Positions 1 through 10,351 are shown, counted from the stretch's first letter. The stretch: 64,000 nucleotides of DNA from Chamaesiphon sp. (GCA_965246715.1 CBDFFH010000043.1:64001-128000); one strand, 5' to 3'. Translations and numbers: made by a program. The notes: generated by a model not told the origin, from the sequence alone.

Positions 1-364
1 TAAAATCGCGCTAGGTTCTTCGAGTAAAAATGCCGAACTAGTCTTACAAAGATTGGGAATTATTGACTTCTTTGATTTCATTGCTGATGGACATAGCGTT
101 CCCTATCTCAAACCCGCTCCAGATGTCTTTCTCTATGCGGCTGAAGAACTCTCGATCGCGCCTACTAATTGTTTGGTAATTGAAGATGCTCCTGCAGGTG
201 TTGCCGCAGCTTTGAAGGCGAAGATGTGGGTATTGGGGGTCGGGCCATTCGATCGATTGGCGCAAGCACATTTAGTATTACCAACTTTAGCAGAAATTAG
301 CTGGGCGGATATTGTCGCCAAGATCGATTACTACCATCACGCTCATTCACAACCTAAAACTTAA
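1..364 (+). CDS. HAD-family hydrolase, beta-phosphoglucomutase-like (5' truncated by the window edge)
   Basis: The frame is open from base 2 (KIALGSSSKNAELVLQRLGI...). It carries HAD motifs KPAPDVF and VIEDAPAGV. SSSKNA is typical of beta-PGM. Confidence 0.8.
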   Translation, partial: KIALGSSSKNAELVLQRLGIIDFFDFIADGHSVPYLKPAPDVFLYAAEELSIAPTNCLVIEDAPAGVAAALKAKMWVLGVGPFDRLAQAHLVLPTLAEISWADIVAKIDYYHHAHSQPKT

Positions 365-385
365 AGTTTGTTGCTGACGGATAAA

Positions 386-1387
386 CTAACTAGGATCTTT
401 AGTATTTCCCATTAAATATAGCAACGCCATCCGAATGGCGACACCGTTATTTACTTGTTCGGAAATCAGACTTAAAGATAGATCGTCCATCAGATCTGAG
501 GTGATTTCGACACCACGATTGGTGGGGCCAGGGTGTAATATTTTGACATCTGGTTTGCATAGTTTGAGTCTCGATCTCGTGATGCCATAGTATTGATGAT
601 ATTCACGCAGACTCGGTAATAAATTTTGGGACATTCGCTCTTGTTGGAGACGTAATGTCATCACAAAATCAGCATCCTTGAGAGCAGGTTCGAGTTGCCA
701 GCTAACGAACAATTTAGAATTATCGATGCCGACTCTTGGCTCGGCGCAATAATCAGCAAATTCCGCAGGTAGTAACGTCGGCGGCGCACAGAGATGGACT
801 TCTGCACCGCTGGCGGTAAGACTCCAGATATTCGATCGAGCAACACGAGAATGTAAAATATCCCCGACGATCGCGATTTTTTTGTCTTTGAGTAAAGCTA
901 ACCGGGGATTATCTCGATCGAGTGTGGCACAAATTGTTAATAGATCTAATAATGCTTGGGAAGGATGTTCGTGTTGTCCGTCGCCAGCATTTAAGATGCC
1001 AACTTTCGTCCCCATTGCATCCATTTCTGCAGCGATCGCTTGAGGCACTCCAGCATGTTTGTGCCGGATTACCATTAGATCGGCACCCATTGCCAAATAT
1101 GTTTTGGCAGTGTCGAGAATAGTTTCACCTTTGGTAAGCGAAGAAGTCGCCGCAGCAAAGTTGAGGGTGTCGGCGGAGAGCCGCTTGGCGGCTAATTCAA
1201 AACTACTGCGGGTGCGGGTGGAGGATTCAAAAAACAGATTGGCAACTACCCGCCCTTGGAGCGTCGGTACTTTCTTAACTGGGCGAGATAGTACTTCTTT
1301 GAAGCTAGCCGCTGTCTGAAGGACGGTATCGTACTCCTGTGGTGTAAAATCTGCGAGGGATAATATGTGGCGGCGCGTCCAAGTCAT
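386..1387 (-). CDS. pyrB: Aspartate carbamoyltransferase catalytic subunit
   Basis: Motifs [34 protein letters not shown] and HPGP. Confidence 0.97.
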   Translation of the reverse strand: MTWTRRHILSLADFTPQEYDTVLQTAASFKEVLSRPVKKVPTLQGRVVANLFFESSTRTRSSFELAAKRLSADTLNFAAATSSLTKGETILDTAKTYLAMGADLMVIRHKHAGVPQAIAAEMDAMGTKVGILNAGDGQHEHPSQALLDLLTICATLDRDNPRLALLKDKKIAIVGDILHSRVARSNIWSLTASGAEVHLCAPPTLLPAEFADYCAEPRVGIDNSKLFVSWQLEPALKDADFVMTLRLQQERMSQNLLPSLREYHQYYGITRSRLKLCKPDVKILHPGPTNRGVEITSDLMDDLSLSLISEQVNNGVAIRMALLYLMGNTKDPS

Positions 1388-1439
1388 TTGGGGAGAGAAT
1401 AGGGTTTTGGGAATAAAGGGTAGTTTCGATCGATATTAG

Positions 1440-1901
1440 TTAAAGTTCTGTTTGCTGAGGATCGTTTTCTGGTGGATGCCAGCCTGCTTCCCGCCAAAAT
1501 TCACGAGCTTCTTGGATCGATCTTTCTCCTTTGTACTTCTCATCATTCAGATCTAACCGATCGCAAGTTGCTCGACCGATCGCAGTAGTCCCAATAATTT
1601 TAGTGGCATCAGCCGACCAAATAAAATGTTCTTGCCATAAATGATTGCGGGGATCGAACAAGGGCAAAATAGCCGAGGTTTCAATGTCGCGTCCAACAAC
1701 GAAGTTATATCGGTGCTGGTTGCAGCGACTGCAAGCAAGCGCAAGATTGTCTGCTGTATCGGCACCACCTAAAGATCGAGGCTGGAGATGATCCAACGTA
1801 AACCTTGAGGTGCTGATTTTCTCTGGTGAGTGGCAGTATTCACATAAATAGTTTGCTCTTTTACGGACATACTTTTTGGTAAAGTCATTGATAATACTCA
1901 C
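1440..1901 (-). CDS. HNH endonuclease family protein
   Basis: CEYC...DHLQPRSLGGADTADNLALACSRCN is a Zn-binding HNH signature. Its GTG start overlaps the upstream stop (GTGA). Confidence 0.9.
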   Translation of the reverse strand: MSIINDFTKKYVRKRANYLCEYCHSPEKISTSRFTLDHLQPRSLGGADTADNLALACSRCNQHRYNFVVGRDIETSAILPLFDPRNHLWQEHFIWSADATKIIGTTAIGRATCDRLDLNDEKYKGERSIQEAREFWREAGWHPPENDPQQTEL

Positions 1902-2131
1902 TTTTGGGCAGCCAGGAGCGAATTTAGGTAAGTGAATATTCTGTCAAGTTCGCTAATACTGTCAAGTTCTTCCTGCTCGGTGGTGGTAAGTGTGGCTGTT
2001 TGATTTTTGGCTAATAGATCTTCTAGCTTATCTTGAAGAGTGTCGGTAAATTTGAACAGTCGTAAATCATCAATTTTTTCGACTCTGATACCTTGTTCTA
2101 ACAATGATTGGGGGCTAATCGTGACTTGCAT
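1898..2131 (-). CDS. Small hypothetical protein translationally coupled to the HNH gene (putative antitoxin/partner)
   Basis: ATG at 2131 (MQVTISPQ...), 77 aa, acidic helical C-terminus (LTTTEQEELDSISEL), 4-bp overlap with the HNH start. Confidence 0.7.
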   Translation of the reverse strand: MQVTISPQSLLEQGIRVEKIDDLRLFKFTDTLQDKLEDLLAKNQTATLTTTEQEELDSISELDRIFTYLNSLLAAQK

Positions 2132-2197
2132 GATCTGGTGCCTTAATTTAGATATATTTCTATTTTCTCTGCTTCGGGACGATCGTGCCAAGTGGGT

Positions 2198-3544
2198 TTA
2201 TAAGTGCAGGACATTACTGCCGATCGTAATTAACGATAGAAACAGAATAAACCCGATCGTATCTAATAATGTCGTTACCAATGGCCCACTAATCAAAGCT
2301 GGATCTACATTTAGTCGCTTGAACCCCATTGGTAGCAGCGTTCCCAATGTCACGGCAATGACACTATTCGCCGCCATCACAATCCCTGCCACTATTGCCA
2401 CCCAGCGTTCGTTTGGTGGAGTCCAAATCAGTGCCAATACAATCATCGTCATCCCGAGTCCCAACGCGGTGCCTAGCCCTGCTAACAACTCCTTGCCGAG
2501 AATTTTGAGTGTATCGCTAGGCGTAACTTCGCCGACACCTAGCGATCGAATTGTGACGGTTAAGGATTGAGTACCGACTGCGCCACCAGTATTGGAAAAC
2601 AGCGGCATGATTACAGCTAGGACTGGAATTTTGGAGATCGTGTCTTGGAATGGCGCGATCGAACTCGATGCGCCGATATACAATGCCATAATTCCCAACA
2701 ACCACGGGAGCCGATTGCGTAATTTATCCCAGGGTGAGGAGAGTGAAGAATCTTCACCACCTGCGACCCCTGCGAGTTTTTGGATATCTTCGGTGGCTTC
2801 TTCTTGCAAGATATCGACGACATCATCGATCGTGATAATCCCCACCAATCGATCCTCGCGATCGACTACCGGCATCGCGATTAAGTCATATCGCTGCATT
2901 TGTCTGGCAACTTCCGCCTGGGGCGTTTCGGTATAAGCCTTAATTACTCGATCGCTAGAGATATCAACAATCGGTGTATCGGGCAGGGTAAATACCAATT
3001 GGCGCAACGATACAACTTGCTTTAATTTGCGACTATCGTCGGTGACATACGCATAATACACAGTCTCCTTATCGCGATCGCTTTGCTTCATTTTTGCCAA
3101 AGCTTCACCTACCGTCAAACCTTGCCGCAACCGCACGTATTCTGTCGTCATCACCCGTCCCGCCGTACCATCGGGATAACCGATAATCGTGGCGGTAGCT
3201 TGACGTTCTTCCTGACTTAATTGGGGTAATAATCTTTTGACGACTCCAGCTGGTAATTCATCGAATAATGCTACCCGATCGTCGGGACTCATCGCTTCGA
3301 TAATCTGACAAACTTGAGTATCGTGGAGGGATTCGATTAACTCTTCCTGAATTTCCGTGGGTAGATACTCAAAGACATCGATCGCGCAATCTTTACTGAG
3401 CAACCGAAAAGCGATCGCCCGGCGTTCGGCAGGCAATTCGCTAATATAATCGCCAACATCTACCGCAGGTAAATGATTGAGTTCTGATTTAAGTTGATTT
3501 AAATCTGTGATTTCCGATAACTCTAAACCTTCTTGAGTGAGCAT
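2198..3544 (-). CDS. mgtE: Magnesium transporter MgtE
   Basis: MgtE N-domain, a CBS pair (TAGRVMTTEY, GIITIDDVVD) and a membrane domain with RLPWL and DPALISGPLVTTLLD. Confidence 0.96.
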   Translation of the reverse strand: MLTQEGLELSEITDLNQLKSELNHLPAVDVGDYISELPAERRAIAFRLLSKDCAIDVFEYLPTEIQEELIESLHDTQVCQIIEAMSPDDRVALFDELPAGVVKRLLPQLSQEERQATATIIGYPDGTAGRVMTTEYVRLRQGLTVGEALAKMKQSDRDKETVYYAYVTDDSRKLKQVVSLRQLVFTLPDTPIVDISSDRVIKAYTETPQAEVARQMQRYDLIAMPVVDREDRLVGIITIDDVVDILQEEATEDIQKLAGVAGGEDSSLSSPWDKLRNRLPWLLGIMALYIGASSSIAPFQDTISKIPVLAVIMPLFSNTGGAVGTQSLTVTIRSLGVGEVTPSDTLKILGKELLAGLGTALGLGMTMIVLALIWTPPNERWVAIVAGIVMAANSVIAVTLGTLLPMGFKRLNVDPALISGPLVTTLLDTIGFILFLSLITIGSNVLHL

Positions 3545-3766
3545 TAAACCTCCTAGCCTCCTCCGACTGGGAGACTAGCTCGACAGGTTAGAGAAGGTTG
3601 TTAATGTGGGCAGATGAGCTGTAGCCCAGAGAATACATAGAAATTAGATGCCGATATTTTAATTGAGTTGGAAGATCGACCTCTTTATCCTAACTTTAGA
3701 TGTACCAACAGTGCAAACGTAATTTGCGAGATTAGGTACGCGGGAATAGTTAGATATAATCGAGGA

Positions 3767-5359
3767 ATGTTTAAGTCCGATCGGTCATCTGTGCCAACAA
3801 TTGAAGTCACCACTCATACTATTCTGCGCGATCTGTTACGACAGCAGCCCGAAATCGCGGATTGGAACCATTATCTGACGATGGCTCGACTGGTGGCGCG
3901 GGCGTTGAGGATGTCCAAATCGGCGCTGATTCAGACGGGCGTGGCGACTCATCGATCGCAGGGCAAATATCGGCTCAGTTATGCGATCGCCGCATTACTC
4001 TGGGATAAAGCCGTAACTATTGTCATTCCCACATCAGCTCAAGCGCACCTAATCGCAACTGAATTACCGCGCATCCAACGCTGGCTGGGCACTTCTAAGC
4101 CAGTCTACTGTGGCAAACTTCCCCCAGCCACACCAGACTTTGATGGTTTATGGATCGCCGATCCGCATTCTTGGTTGGGTTTGCATTTTGATCGTCCTGA
4201 GTTAGTTGGCGATCGTCCTACGATTATCGATGGTGCTGACGATTTAGAAAATTGGGCGCAAGCATTACTCACAGTTACCATCAATCCTGACGACTGGAAT
4301 AGCTTGCAGCTGAGCCACCCACCTGTTGGTACAGCCGCTGGGCTGGAGAATCGCTGGCAAACAATTATCGATCTAAAAATCCGCTTGCTGGAGAGTTTAT
4401 GGCAGCGGCCGATCGATCCTTATAATTGCTATGTCTTGGATCCATTAGAACGCTCGCTTGTCGAGTTATTAAAGAGTTTATTTATTCCCGACTTACATCC
4501 AAATTGGCAGAAATTTTATCAACAATTAGCAGTACCAACCAATCGCTTGGTATGGGCATCACTAGATCGCACGCGTGGCACATTTACCCTCGCGATCGCA
4601 CCGATAAATCTCGTCCCCTTCTTAGCGCCGATTTGGGAACGTCAAGCGACAGTATTAATTACTAGTGCGGTAGATTTAACGAATGAGGCGATCGGGTATC
4701 GTCAAGAATTAGGTTTGGGTGAGATTACTTCCGTTAAATTTTCGCTCGTTGGCGCAGCATCGAGGAACGATCGTCGCCAAACCGATCTGTTTCAACTCTA
4801 CATTCCCCGCTGGATGCCGATGCCAAATACGAGTAAATTTCAGCCGATTTTAGTCGATGAAATTCAACAGTTATTGCACCTGATCGATGGTAGTCCCAAA
4901 TTTGTGGTCATTTTAGTCGGCGATACCCCACTTCAAGCACAATTAGCAGCCATTCTCGCTGCTGAATGGGGTTCTCGAGTCCAAGTCGAACGCGCCGATC
5001 TCCATGAGACAAATATCCTTGTCTCTGGGTGGGAATTTTGGCAAACACATCAAGATCGTCTACCCACCCCGCAATTAATGATTATTACTACGCTCCCGAT
5101 TCCCTCACTTGAAGATCCGTTAGTTGCTGCCAAAGTGAGTTTCTATAAACAACAAAAACAAGATTGGTTCCGATTATATTTATTACCGACAGGTTTAAGA
5201 ATCTTACACCGCGCGATCGATCCGATGCGAACCTCGCAAGGGATCGTGGCAATTTTTGATAACCGCATCAACCAGCGTAGCTATGGCAAGCAAGTACTTG
5301 CCGCGCTTACTCCCGCTGCCAGAATTAATTATCCAGACTTAAGTTGGCTCGATCGCTAA
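3767..5359 (+). CDS. DinG/Rad3-like helicase C-terminal-domain protein with degenerate ATPase motifs
   Basis: C-terminal Helicase_C_2-like features (ITTLPIPSLEDP, GIVAIFDNRINQRSYGKQVL). The start is uncertain; the ATG at 3767 was chosen over the track's 3668. Confidence 0.75.
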   Translation: MFKSDRSSVPTIEVTTHTILRDLLRQQPEIADWNHYLTMARLVARALRMSKSALIQTGVATHRSQGKYRLSYAIAALLWDKAVTIVIPTSAQAHLIATELPRIQRWLGTSKPVYCGKLPPATPDFDGLWIADPHSWLGLHFDRPELVGDRPTIIDGADDLENWAQALLTVTINPDDWNSLQLSHPPVGTAAGLENRWQTIIDLKIRLLESLWQRPIDPYNCYVLDPLERSLVELLKSLFIPDLHPNWQKFYQQLAVPTNRLVWASLDRTRGTFTLAIAPINLVPFLAPIWERQATVLITSAVDLTNEAIGYRQELGLGEITSVKFSLVGAASRNDRRQTDLFQLYIPRWMPMPNTSKFQPILVDEIQQLLHLIDGSPKFVVILVGDTPLQAQLAAILAAEWGSRVQVERADLHETNILVSGWEFWQTHQDRLPTPQLMIITTLPIPSLEDPLVAAKVSFYKQQKQDWFRLYLLPTGLRILHRAIDPMRTSQGIVAIFDNRINQRSYGKQVLAALTPAARINYPDLSWLDR

Positions 5360-5442
5360 TCCAGCTCAATCGCTCTATAGGCGTTGCTGGATTAGGATAT
5401 GATCTAAGGCGATCGAGAGAAGTAACAAGAGCAAATATCTAA

Positions 5443-5802
5443 ATGGAATGTCCTGAATGTAGATCGTCTAATATCAATAAAAATGGGCGAATAAAGGGAA
5501 AGCAGAACCATATTTGTAAAGACTGCGGACGGCAATTTATAGATTGTTATGAAGCACACAGAGGATATTCACCACAAATCAAGCAGAAATGTTTGTCAAT
5601 GTATGTTAATGGGATGGGATTTCGAGCAATAGAAAGAGTAATGGGTGTGCATAATACAACTGTCATGGATTGGGTGAAGCAAGTAGGGGGAAATCTCCCA
5701 GATTACTATAATTCAGACCAAATACCAGAAGTTGGTGAGTTGGATGAGTTAGAGACGTTTGTTGGCTCAAAAAAAACAAGATCTGGCTCTGGACGGCAGT
5801 AA
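5443..5802 (+). CDS. insA: IS1 transposase InsA part (Zn ribbon plus HTH)
   Basis: CPEC...CKDC zinc ribbon and HTH GMGFRAIERVMGVHNTTVMDWV. The ORF contains the A8 slippery site at 5769-5776. Confidence 0.92.
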   Translation: MECPECRSSNINKNGRIKGKQNHICKDCGRQFIDCYEAHRGYSPQIKQKCLSMYVNGMGFRAIERVMGVHNTTVMDWVKQVGGNLPDYYNSDQIPEVGELDELETFVGSKKTRSGSGRQ

Positions 5803-6194
5803 ATCACTTTCAGATGGGTATTTTAGGATGGGTATTAGGCGACCACAGTGCTAAGACATTTAGACCGCTATGGGAGAATTTGGTAAGTACATGGAAATGT
5901 TATTTTTATGTGACGGATGGGTGGAGGGTCTATCCAATATTTATTCCAGATGGTGACCAAATCGTGAGTAAAACTTATATGACAAGAGTTGAGGGTGAAA
6001 ACACTAGGCTCAGACATTACTTAGCTCGATTAAAAAGAAAAACATTATGTTATTCTAAGTGCGAACAAATGCTAAAGCATTCTATTAGATTGTTAATTCA
6101 TTATCTTAAATTTGGTGAAGTACCAACTCCTAATTCAGTTAGTTCTGGCGATCGACGGCACAGATTACCTCTCGATCGCCAAATCATATCTTAA
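5769..6194 (+). CDS. insB: IS1 transposase InsB part (DDE), joined to InsA by a -1 programmed frameshift
   Basis: The -1 frame at AAAAAAAAC reads KKNKIWLWTAVNHFQMGILGW...YVTDGW...VEGENTRLRHYLARL with no stop until 6194. Confidence 0.9.
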   Translation, partial: KKNKIWLWTAVNHFQMGILGWVLGDHSAKTFRPLWENLVSTWKCYFYVTDGWRVYPIFIPDGDQIVSKTYMTRVEGENTRLRHYLARLKRKTLCYSKCEQMLKHSIRLLIHYLKFGEVPTPNSVSSGDRRHRLPLDRQIIS

Positions 6195-6766
6195 TCCAGC
6201 AACGCCGCTCTATATTCTACGTCAAAAGATCTAAAACAATTTGTGAAATGTATCCTTTATTACACTTTATCTAGTGAATCTTACTGAACAGTATCAAATG
6301 TTACGGTTTTTTTACTGTTGACGGATAAATTTCGATAACGTATGATTAGCGGAAGTCAATACCATAAGAAATATTGCAACAACTTTACACCAAAAATTGA
6401 TATATGTGTCGATAAATTTTATCTATAAAACTTTGTGAGTTATTTGAATTCCCGAGAAATTATCTCAAGCGAATTTATAGACTCGATTTGAAGATAGATA
6501 TCGTTATCGAGCTGCAAATAATAGTCAAAATATTTTAAACCTTTAGCTCTGAAGTTATTACTCTAGTCATCGATTAGGGCATGATTTTCCATGGCTTCAA
6601 ATATTTTTGCATTGTTTGCGATCGATGCTCTGGATACAATTTGAGCGATGTTCGGAGTATTGACGATCCTAGATAGATACTATTACAAACATATTTTACA
6701 CACACACTTTAAGGTTTCCTGGACAAGATAAAAATCATCCTAAATAATACTTAAAAGTTTGAGAAT

Positions 6767-7234
6767 ATGCTATTAACTGAATACTCTCAAGATTTGAACG
6801 ATCGCACTTTGATTGCAGCCTGTCATAACTTACAAGGCGACCCACCACAAGATATTCCATTTTTGGTTTGGTTACTGGAAAACCCCGATAGTCCCTGCGC
6901 GATGCCCGGAAATATCAGTCTAGAAGATCACGATCGGCTCCATTGCATCCTCGATCGCGGCTTTGCTGCTAAAGATGAAGCTTATATCGTCGGGTTTTCG
7001 ATGGGTAACGATGTTTTAACAACTTGGGTTCATGTAATAGTTATTAAAATTGTTGCTTTTCTCTTTTATCCAGCAAAGTATCGATTTAGCTATGCAGATA
7101 TGCAGGAGTTCGATCGCGGGTTTAAATTGGGTAGGAGCGTAAAAGTTAAGAACCTCAATCAAGGCAGATTGTCAGCATGGGATTCTAAAAAACTGCAAGA
7201 AATTAGACAAGAACTTCATCTAAAAACTAGTTAA
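6767..7234 (+). CDS. Hypothetical protein with a Coq4-like HDxxH...E metal motif
   Basis: EDHDRLHCILDRGFAAKDEAYIVGF resembles the HDxxH-x(n)-E motif. 155 aa. Confidence 0.55.
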   Translation: MLLTEYSQDLNDRTLIAACHNLQGDPPQDIPFLVWLLENPDSPCAMPGNISLEDHDRLHCILDRGFAAKDEAYIVGFSMGNDVLTTWVHVIVIKIVAFLFYPAKYRFSYADMQEFDRGFKLGRSVKVKNLNQGRLSAWDSKKLQEIRQELHLKTS

Positions 7235-7246
7235 TTTGGAGTATTT

Positions 7247-8032
7247 ATGAAAGAATATCAGTTTTTTGCTTGTGCTGACAGACCAGAAAAAGTTGAGGAG
7301 GTACTGCATTTTACCGAGTCGATCCGCAACAGTTCGAGTCAAGCTAATTTTGGCTGGCCGATCTTTGAGTTTCAGAGTTATTCCGGGAAAAAATATTGGC
7401 ATAGATTGCATCAGGATTTCGCAACATCTCAATTTTTTCTATCATTTAACGATCGAGTAATTGGTTCTTGTTTTTCGATTCCGTTCCATTGGCAAGGCGA
7501 TCGCGAAACTCTTCCCGCAGGATGGGACAAAGCGATCGAACGCGGCTTTTTGGATCGGGAAAATGGTGTTGTGGCCAATGCCCTTTCTTTGTTAGCGATT
7601 ACCGTTTCACCCGAACACCAGGGTCAGGGTCTGAGCAAACTGATCGTCAGTCAGATGAAGGCTCATGTGCTGGCAAATAATCTCGAATATCTTGTTGCCC
7701 CCGTCCGACCAGTACTCAAGCAATTTTATCCGCTTGCCGCGATCGCTGAATATGCGGAATGGAAAACTAAAGAGGGAAAAGTTTTCGATCCTTGGTTGAG
7801 AGTGCATCTTTCGATGGGAGCGAGTTTAGTTAAGTTCGCACATCAATCCCTAACTATCGGTGGAACTGTAGCCGAGTGGGAAAGTTGGTCGGGGATGAAG
7901 TTTCCAGCCAGTGGTGATTATGTCGTTCCTGGTGCGCTATCAACGATTAATGTTTCGGTTGAAAACGATCGCGGTACCTATCATCAACCAAATATCTGGC
8001 TGCAACACGATCTGACAACTAGCAATGCTTGA
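7247..8032 (+). CDS. GNAT-family N-acyltransferase
   Basis: Acyl-CoA motif A (ITVSPEHQGQGLS), plus VAPVRP and FDPWLRVH blocks. Confidence 0.8.
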   Translation: MKEYQFFACADRPEKVEEVLHFTESIRNSSSQANFGWPIFEFQSYSGKKYWHRLHQDFATSQFFLSFNDRVIGSCFSIPFHWQGDRETLPAGWDKAIERGFLDRENGVVANALSLLAITVSPEHQGQGLSKLIVSQMKAHVLANNLEYLVAPVRPVLKQFYPLAAIAEYAEWKTKEGKVFDPWLRVHLSMGASLVKFAHQSLTIGGTVAEWESWSGMKFPASGDYVVPGALSTINVSVENDRGTYHQPNIWLQHDLTTSNA

Positions 8033-8070
8033 ATGCTAACGGTACCAATCTAGATACATTAACTACTAAC

Positions 8071-8105
8071 AACTACCTAGCTCGATCGAGCTAGGTAGTT
8101 TTTTT
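8071..8105 (+). terminator. Rho-independent terminator
   Basis: 30-bp perfect palindrome AACTACCTAGCTCGATCGAGCTAGGTAGTT followed by a T run, just after the GNAT gene. Confidence 0.75.
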
Positions 8106-8292
8106 GGCAATCGGCTTAGAAATTGGTGCCAAGCGAACCAGTGGTTTAGCTGGCGACTAAATCGCGCCAGCCACCCCTATCGGTAATTCGATGGCAAAAT
8201 GTAGCAAAACGAACATATTTTGCGAATATTGCTAGATCGAGTAGCTAGTTGGGTACTTTGGAAATATAAGGATTGGTACCATAGAGCATGAT

Positions 8293-9492
8293 ATGAATGG
8301 ATTAACTGCAACGGCAGACCAGTTCTCATTTCCAGCACGAGAACTCCCACAACGACTATTAGCACATATTCAAGCTGGAACGACTGGAGCTTGGGAGCAT
8401 CAATTCGATCGACTGGCAGATCGATCGGCACCTTTAGTCTGGAACGTCGGGATTACCAACGGTCGAATCGTGTATGCGGGGACTAGAACTTGGTCGACAC
8501 AGACATTGTTGCGAGTCACGCAGCGATATGTCTTCAATACTCGTCATTCCTTGGTCAAGCCCCGCTTTGAGTTACTAAAGGTCAAAGTTGATGAAAAAGC
8601 ATTAACTCCAGCGCAATTATTGGCAGATACGATCCAAGCCAGAATTTGTGATGAGGCTCAGATTGTCAAAGCGATCGAAACAAAAATTTTAAACGATCTA
8701 GACATCTATTTATCAATGGGAGCAGGTCAAGCGAAATTTATTCCCGAGCCAGACTTAGCGACTCAGATGCCGCTCAGTGGTTTCGATCCCAAGCTGCTAT
8801 TTGCTGAAGCAGTCCGCCGTCAGGCGCTCTGGGAAGATCTCAAGCCACAAATACCTTCAATGGATCTAGTCCCACTCCTCGATCCAGAGATGATGGCAAA
8901 GGCCAAAATTCCCGCAGGACAACAACAGCGAATTGAAAATTTGGTGAAACTTGGCAATAGTCTTAGCTCGATTGCTGAGGAGATGGCTAGAGATACATTA
9001 GAAATTGCGGATATGTTTGCCAAGCTGGCAAGAGTGGGTATAGTCCGGTTCGCGCCAACAGAGGATGATAAATCCGTCACGATTATGGCGATCGACGACT
9101 CACCGCTGATGCTGACTCAATTCGAGCGATTGGTATCGGCGATGGGTTATTCGGTTGTCGTCTGTCAAGAAGCAGAAAAAGCGATCGAGACGATGCTGCG
9201 AGTCAAGCCAGTCGCAGTATTTATCGATTTGAATATGCCTGGTATTTCGGGATTCGAGCTGATAAAAAAAATTCGGCAACAACCCCAACTCAGCACCATG
9301 CCGATCGCAATTTTGACTGGGGAACAAAAAGTCGCCAATCGGTGGCGCGCTCAGTGGAGTGGGTGCGAATTTCTCACCAAACCGCTGACGACGGGTGCAA
9401 CGCAAGATTTTCAGGCACAGCTTGAAGAATTACTCCCCAAGCTCCTCAAGACAGCTACTACCTTCACCACCAAATCTTATTCACAAAACTAA
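8293..9492 (+). CDS. PatA-family response regulator (PATAN-like N-domain plus C-terminal REC)
   Basis: C-terminal REC (IMAIDDS, FIDLNMP, FLTKP). It is the first gene of a cyanobacterial taxis operon. Confidence 0.85.
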   Translation: MNGLTATADQFSFPARELPQRLLAHIQAGTTGAWEHQFDRLADRSAPLVWNVGITNGRIVYAGTRTWSTQTLLRVTQRYVFNTRHSLVKPRFELLKVKVDEKALTPAQLLADTIQARICDEAQIVKAIETKILNDLDIYLSMGAGQAKFIPEPDLATQMPLSGFDPKLLFAEAVRRQALWEDLKPQIPSMDLVPLLDPEMMAKAKIPAGQQQRIENLVKLGNSLSSIAEEMARDTLEIADMFAKLARVGIVRFAPTEDDKSVTIMAIDDSPLMLTQFERLVSAMGYSVVVCQEAEKAIETMLRVKPVAVFIDLNMPGISGFELIKKIRQQPQLSTMPIAILTGEQKVANRWRAQWSGCEFLTKPLTTGATQDFQAQLEELLPKLLKTATTFTTKSYSQN

Positions 9493-9505
9493 AGGTATCG
9501 AAATC

Positions 9506-9868
9506 ATGCGCTTTTTAATTATCGATGACAGCTCTGTAGATCGACATGCTCTGGCTTCAGTTTTAACTATCCTCGGCCATAGTGTAGACCAATGCGATAG
9601 TCCAGTGGAAGCACTAACAACAATTGAAGCTGGGACTTACGATCTGGTGTTCTTGGATGTTGTTATGCCCGAACAAGATGGCTATAAATTCTTGAGATCG
9701 ATCCGCCTCAATCCCAAGACAGCAAATCAATATGTGGTTTTTTGCTCTAGTAAGAAAACGCCGATCGAGGTTGATTATGGCATCAAACGTGCTGGTGCGA
9801 ATGATTATTTGCCCAAGCCAGTCAGCCGTGAAAATGTCGAGCAAATCTTACAAAGAATTCCTGCATAA
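9506..9868 (+). CDS. CheY/PilH-like single-domain response regulator
   Basis: ATG at 9506 (MRFLIIDDS), with LDVVMP and DYLPKP. Confidence 0.92.
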   Translation: MRFLIIDDSSVDRHALASVLTILGHSVDQCDSPVEALTTIEAGTYDLVFLDVVMPEQDGYKFLRSIRLNPKTANQYVVFCSSKKTPIEVDYGIKRAGANDYLPKPVSRENVEQILQRIPA

Positions 9869-9883
9869 TACCGTTAATTAATT

Positions 9884-10351
9884 ATGACTGCTATTACTCC
9901 CGATCGGACTAGTGAAGTTACGCCCCAAACAGCACTAGCGGATCGTTTTATTTTGACTGAAGTAGAACGATTGACGCTAGTATTTCCGGCTGTCTGGGTA
10001 GCAGAAATCTTGAGGCTCGATCGCGCGCAGATTCTCGATTTGCCATTTTACAATCCCCTACTAGCCGGAATTGTCAACTATAACGGACAGATTACACCCC
10101 TAATTGCTGCCGCGCGATTGCTCGATTTAGCAACTGCGAGCTTACGCGAACGCTTGCTGGTGGTGCGACTCAATCGCACAGCCGGAAAATTAGCCACTGT
10201 CGGCATCATCGTCGATCGGGCGATCGGTAGTAGTACCCGATCCCAATTACCTGCCAATCTATTTGCCGCAGATCCAAGTCCTGCCGAAATGCGCCTAATC
10301 GATCCAGAATTAGTGCCCGCCAACTTATGGCAGCCACAACGCTGGCGCTAA
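9884..10351 (+). CDS. cheW: CheW-like coupling protein
   Basis: VAEILR...LPFYNPLLAGIVNYNGQITPLI...GIIVD, and its operon position. Confidence 0.88.
   Translation: MTAITPDRTSEVTPQTALADRFILTEVERLTLVFPAVWVAEILRLDRAQILDLPFYNPLLAGIVNYNGQITPLIAAARLLDLATASLRERLLVVRLNRTAGKLATVGIIVDRAIGSSTRSQLPANLFAADPSPAEMRLIDPELVPANLWQPQRWR

Larger units (their letters stand above)
5380..6206 (+). mobile_element. IS1-family insertion sequence, 827 bp, apparently intact
   Basis: 24-bp terminal IRs GGCGTTGCTGGATTA(G/A)GATATGAT at 5380-5403 and 6183-6206 with one mismatch. 8-bp TSD GCTCTATA at 5372-5379 and 6207-6214. Confidence 0.95.

Noticed and set aside
9395..9505. N-terminal extension of the CheY-like ORF
   Set aside because: It overlaps the PatA-like gene. 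The REC domain begins at the ATG at 9506.
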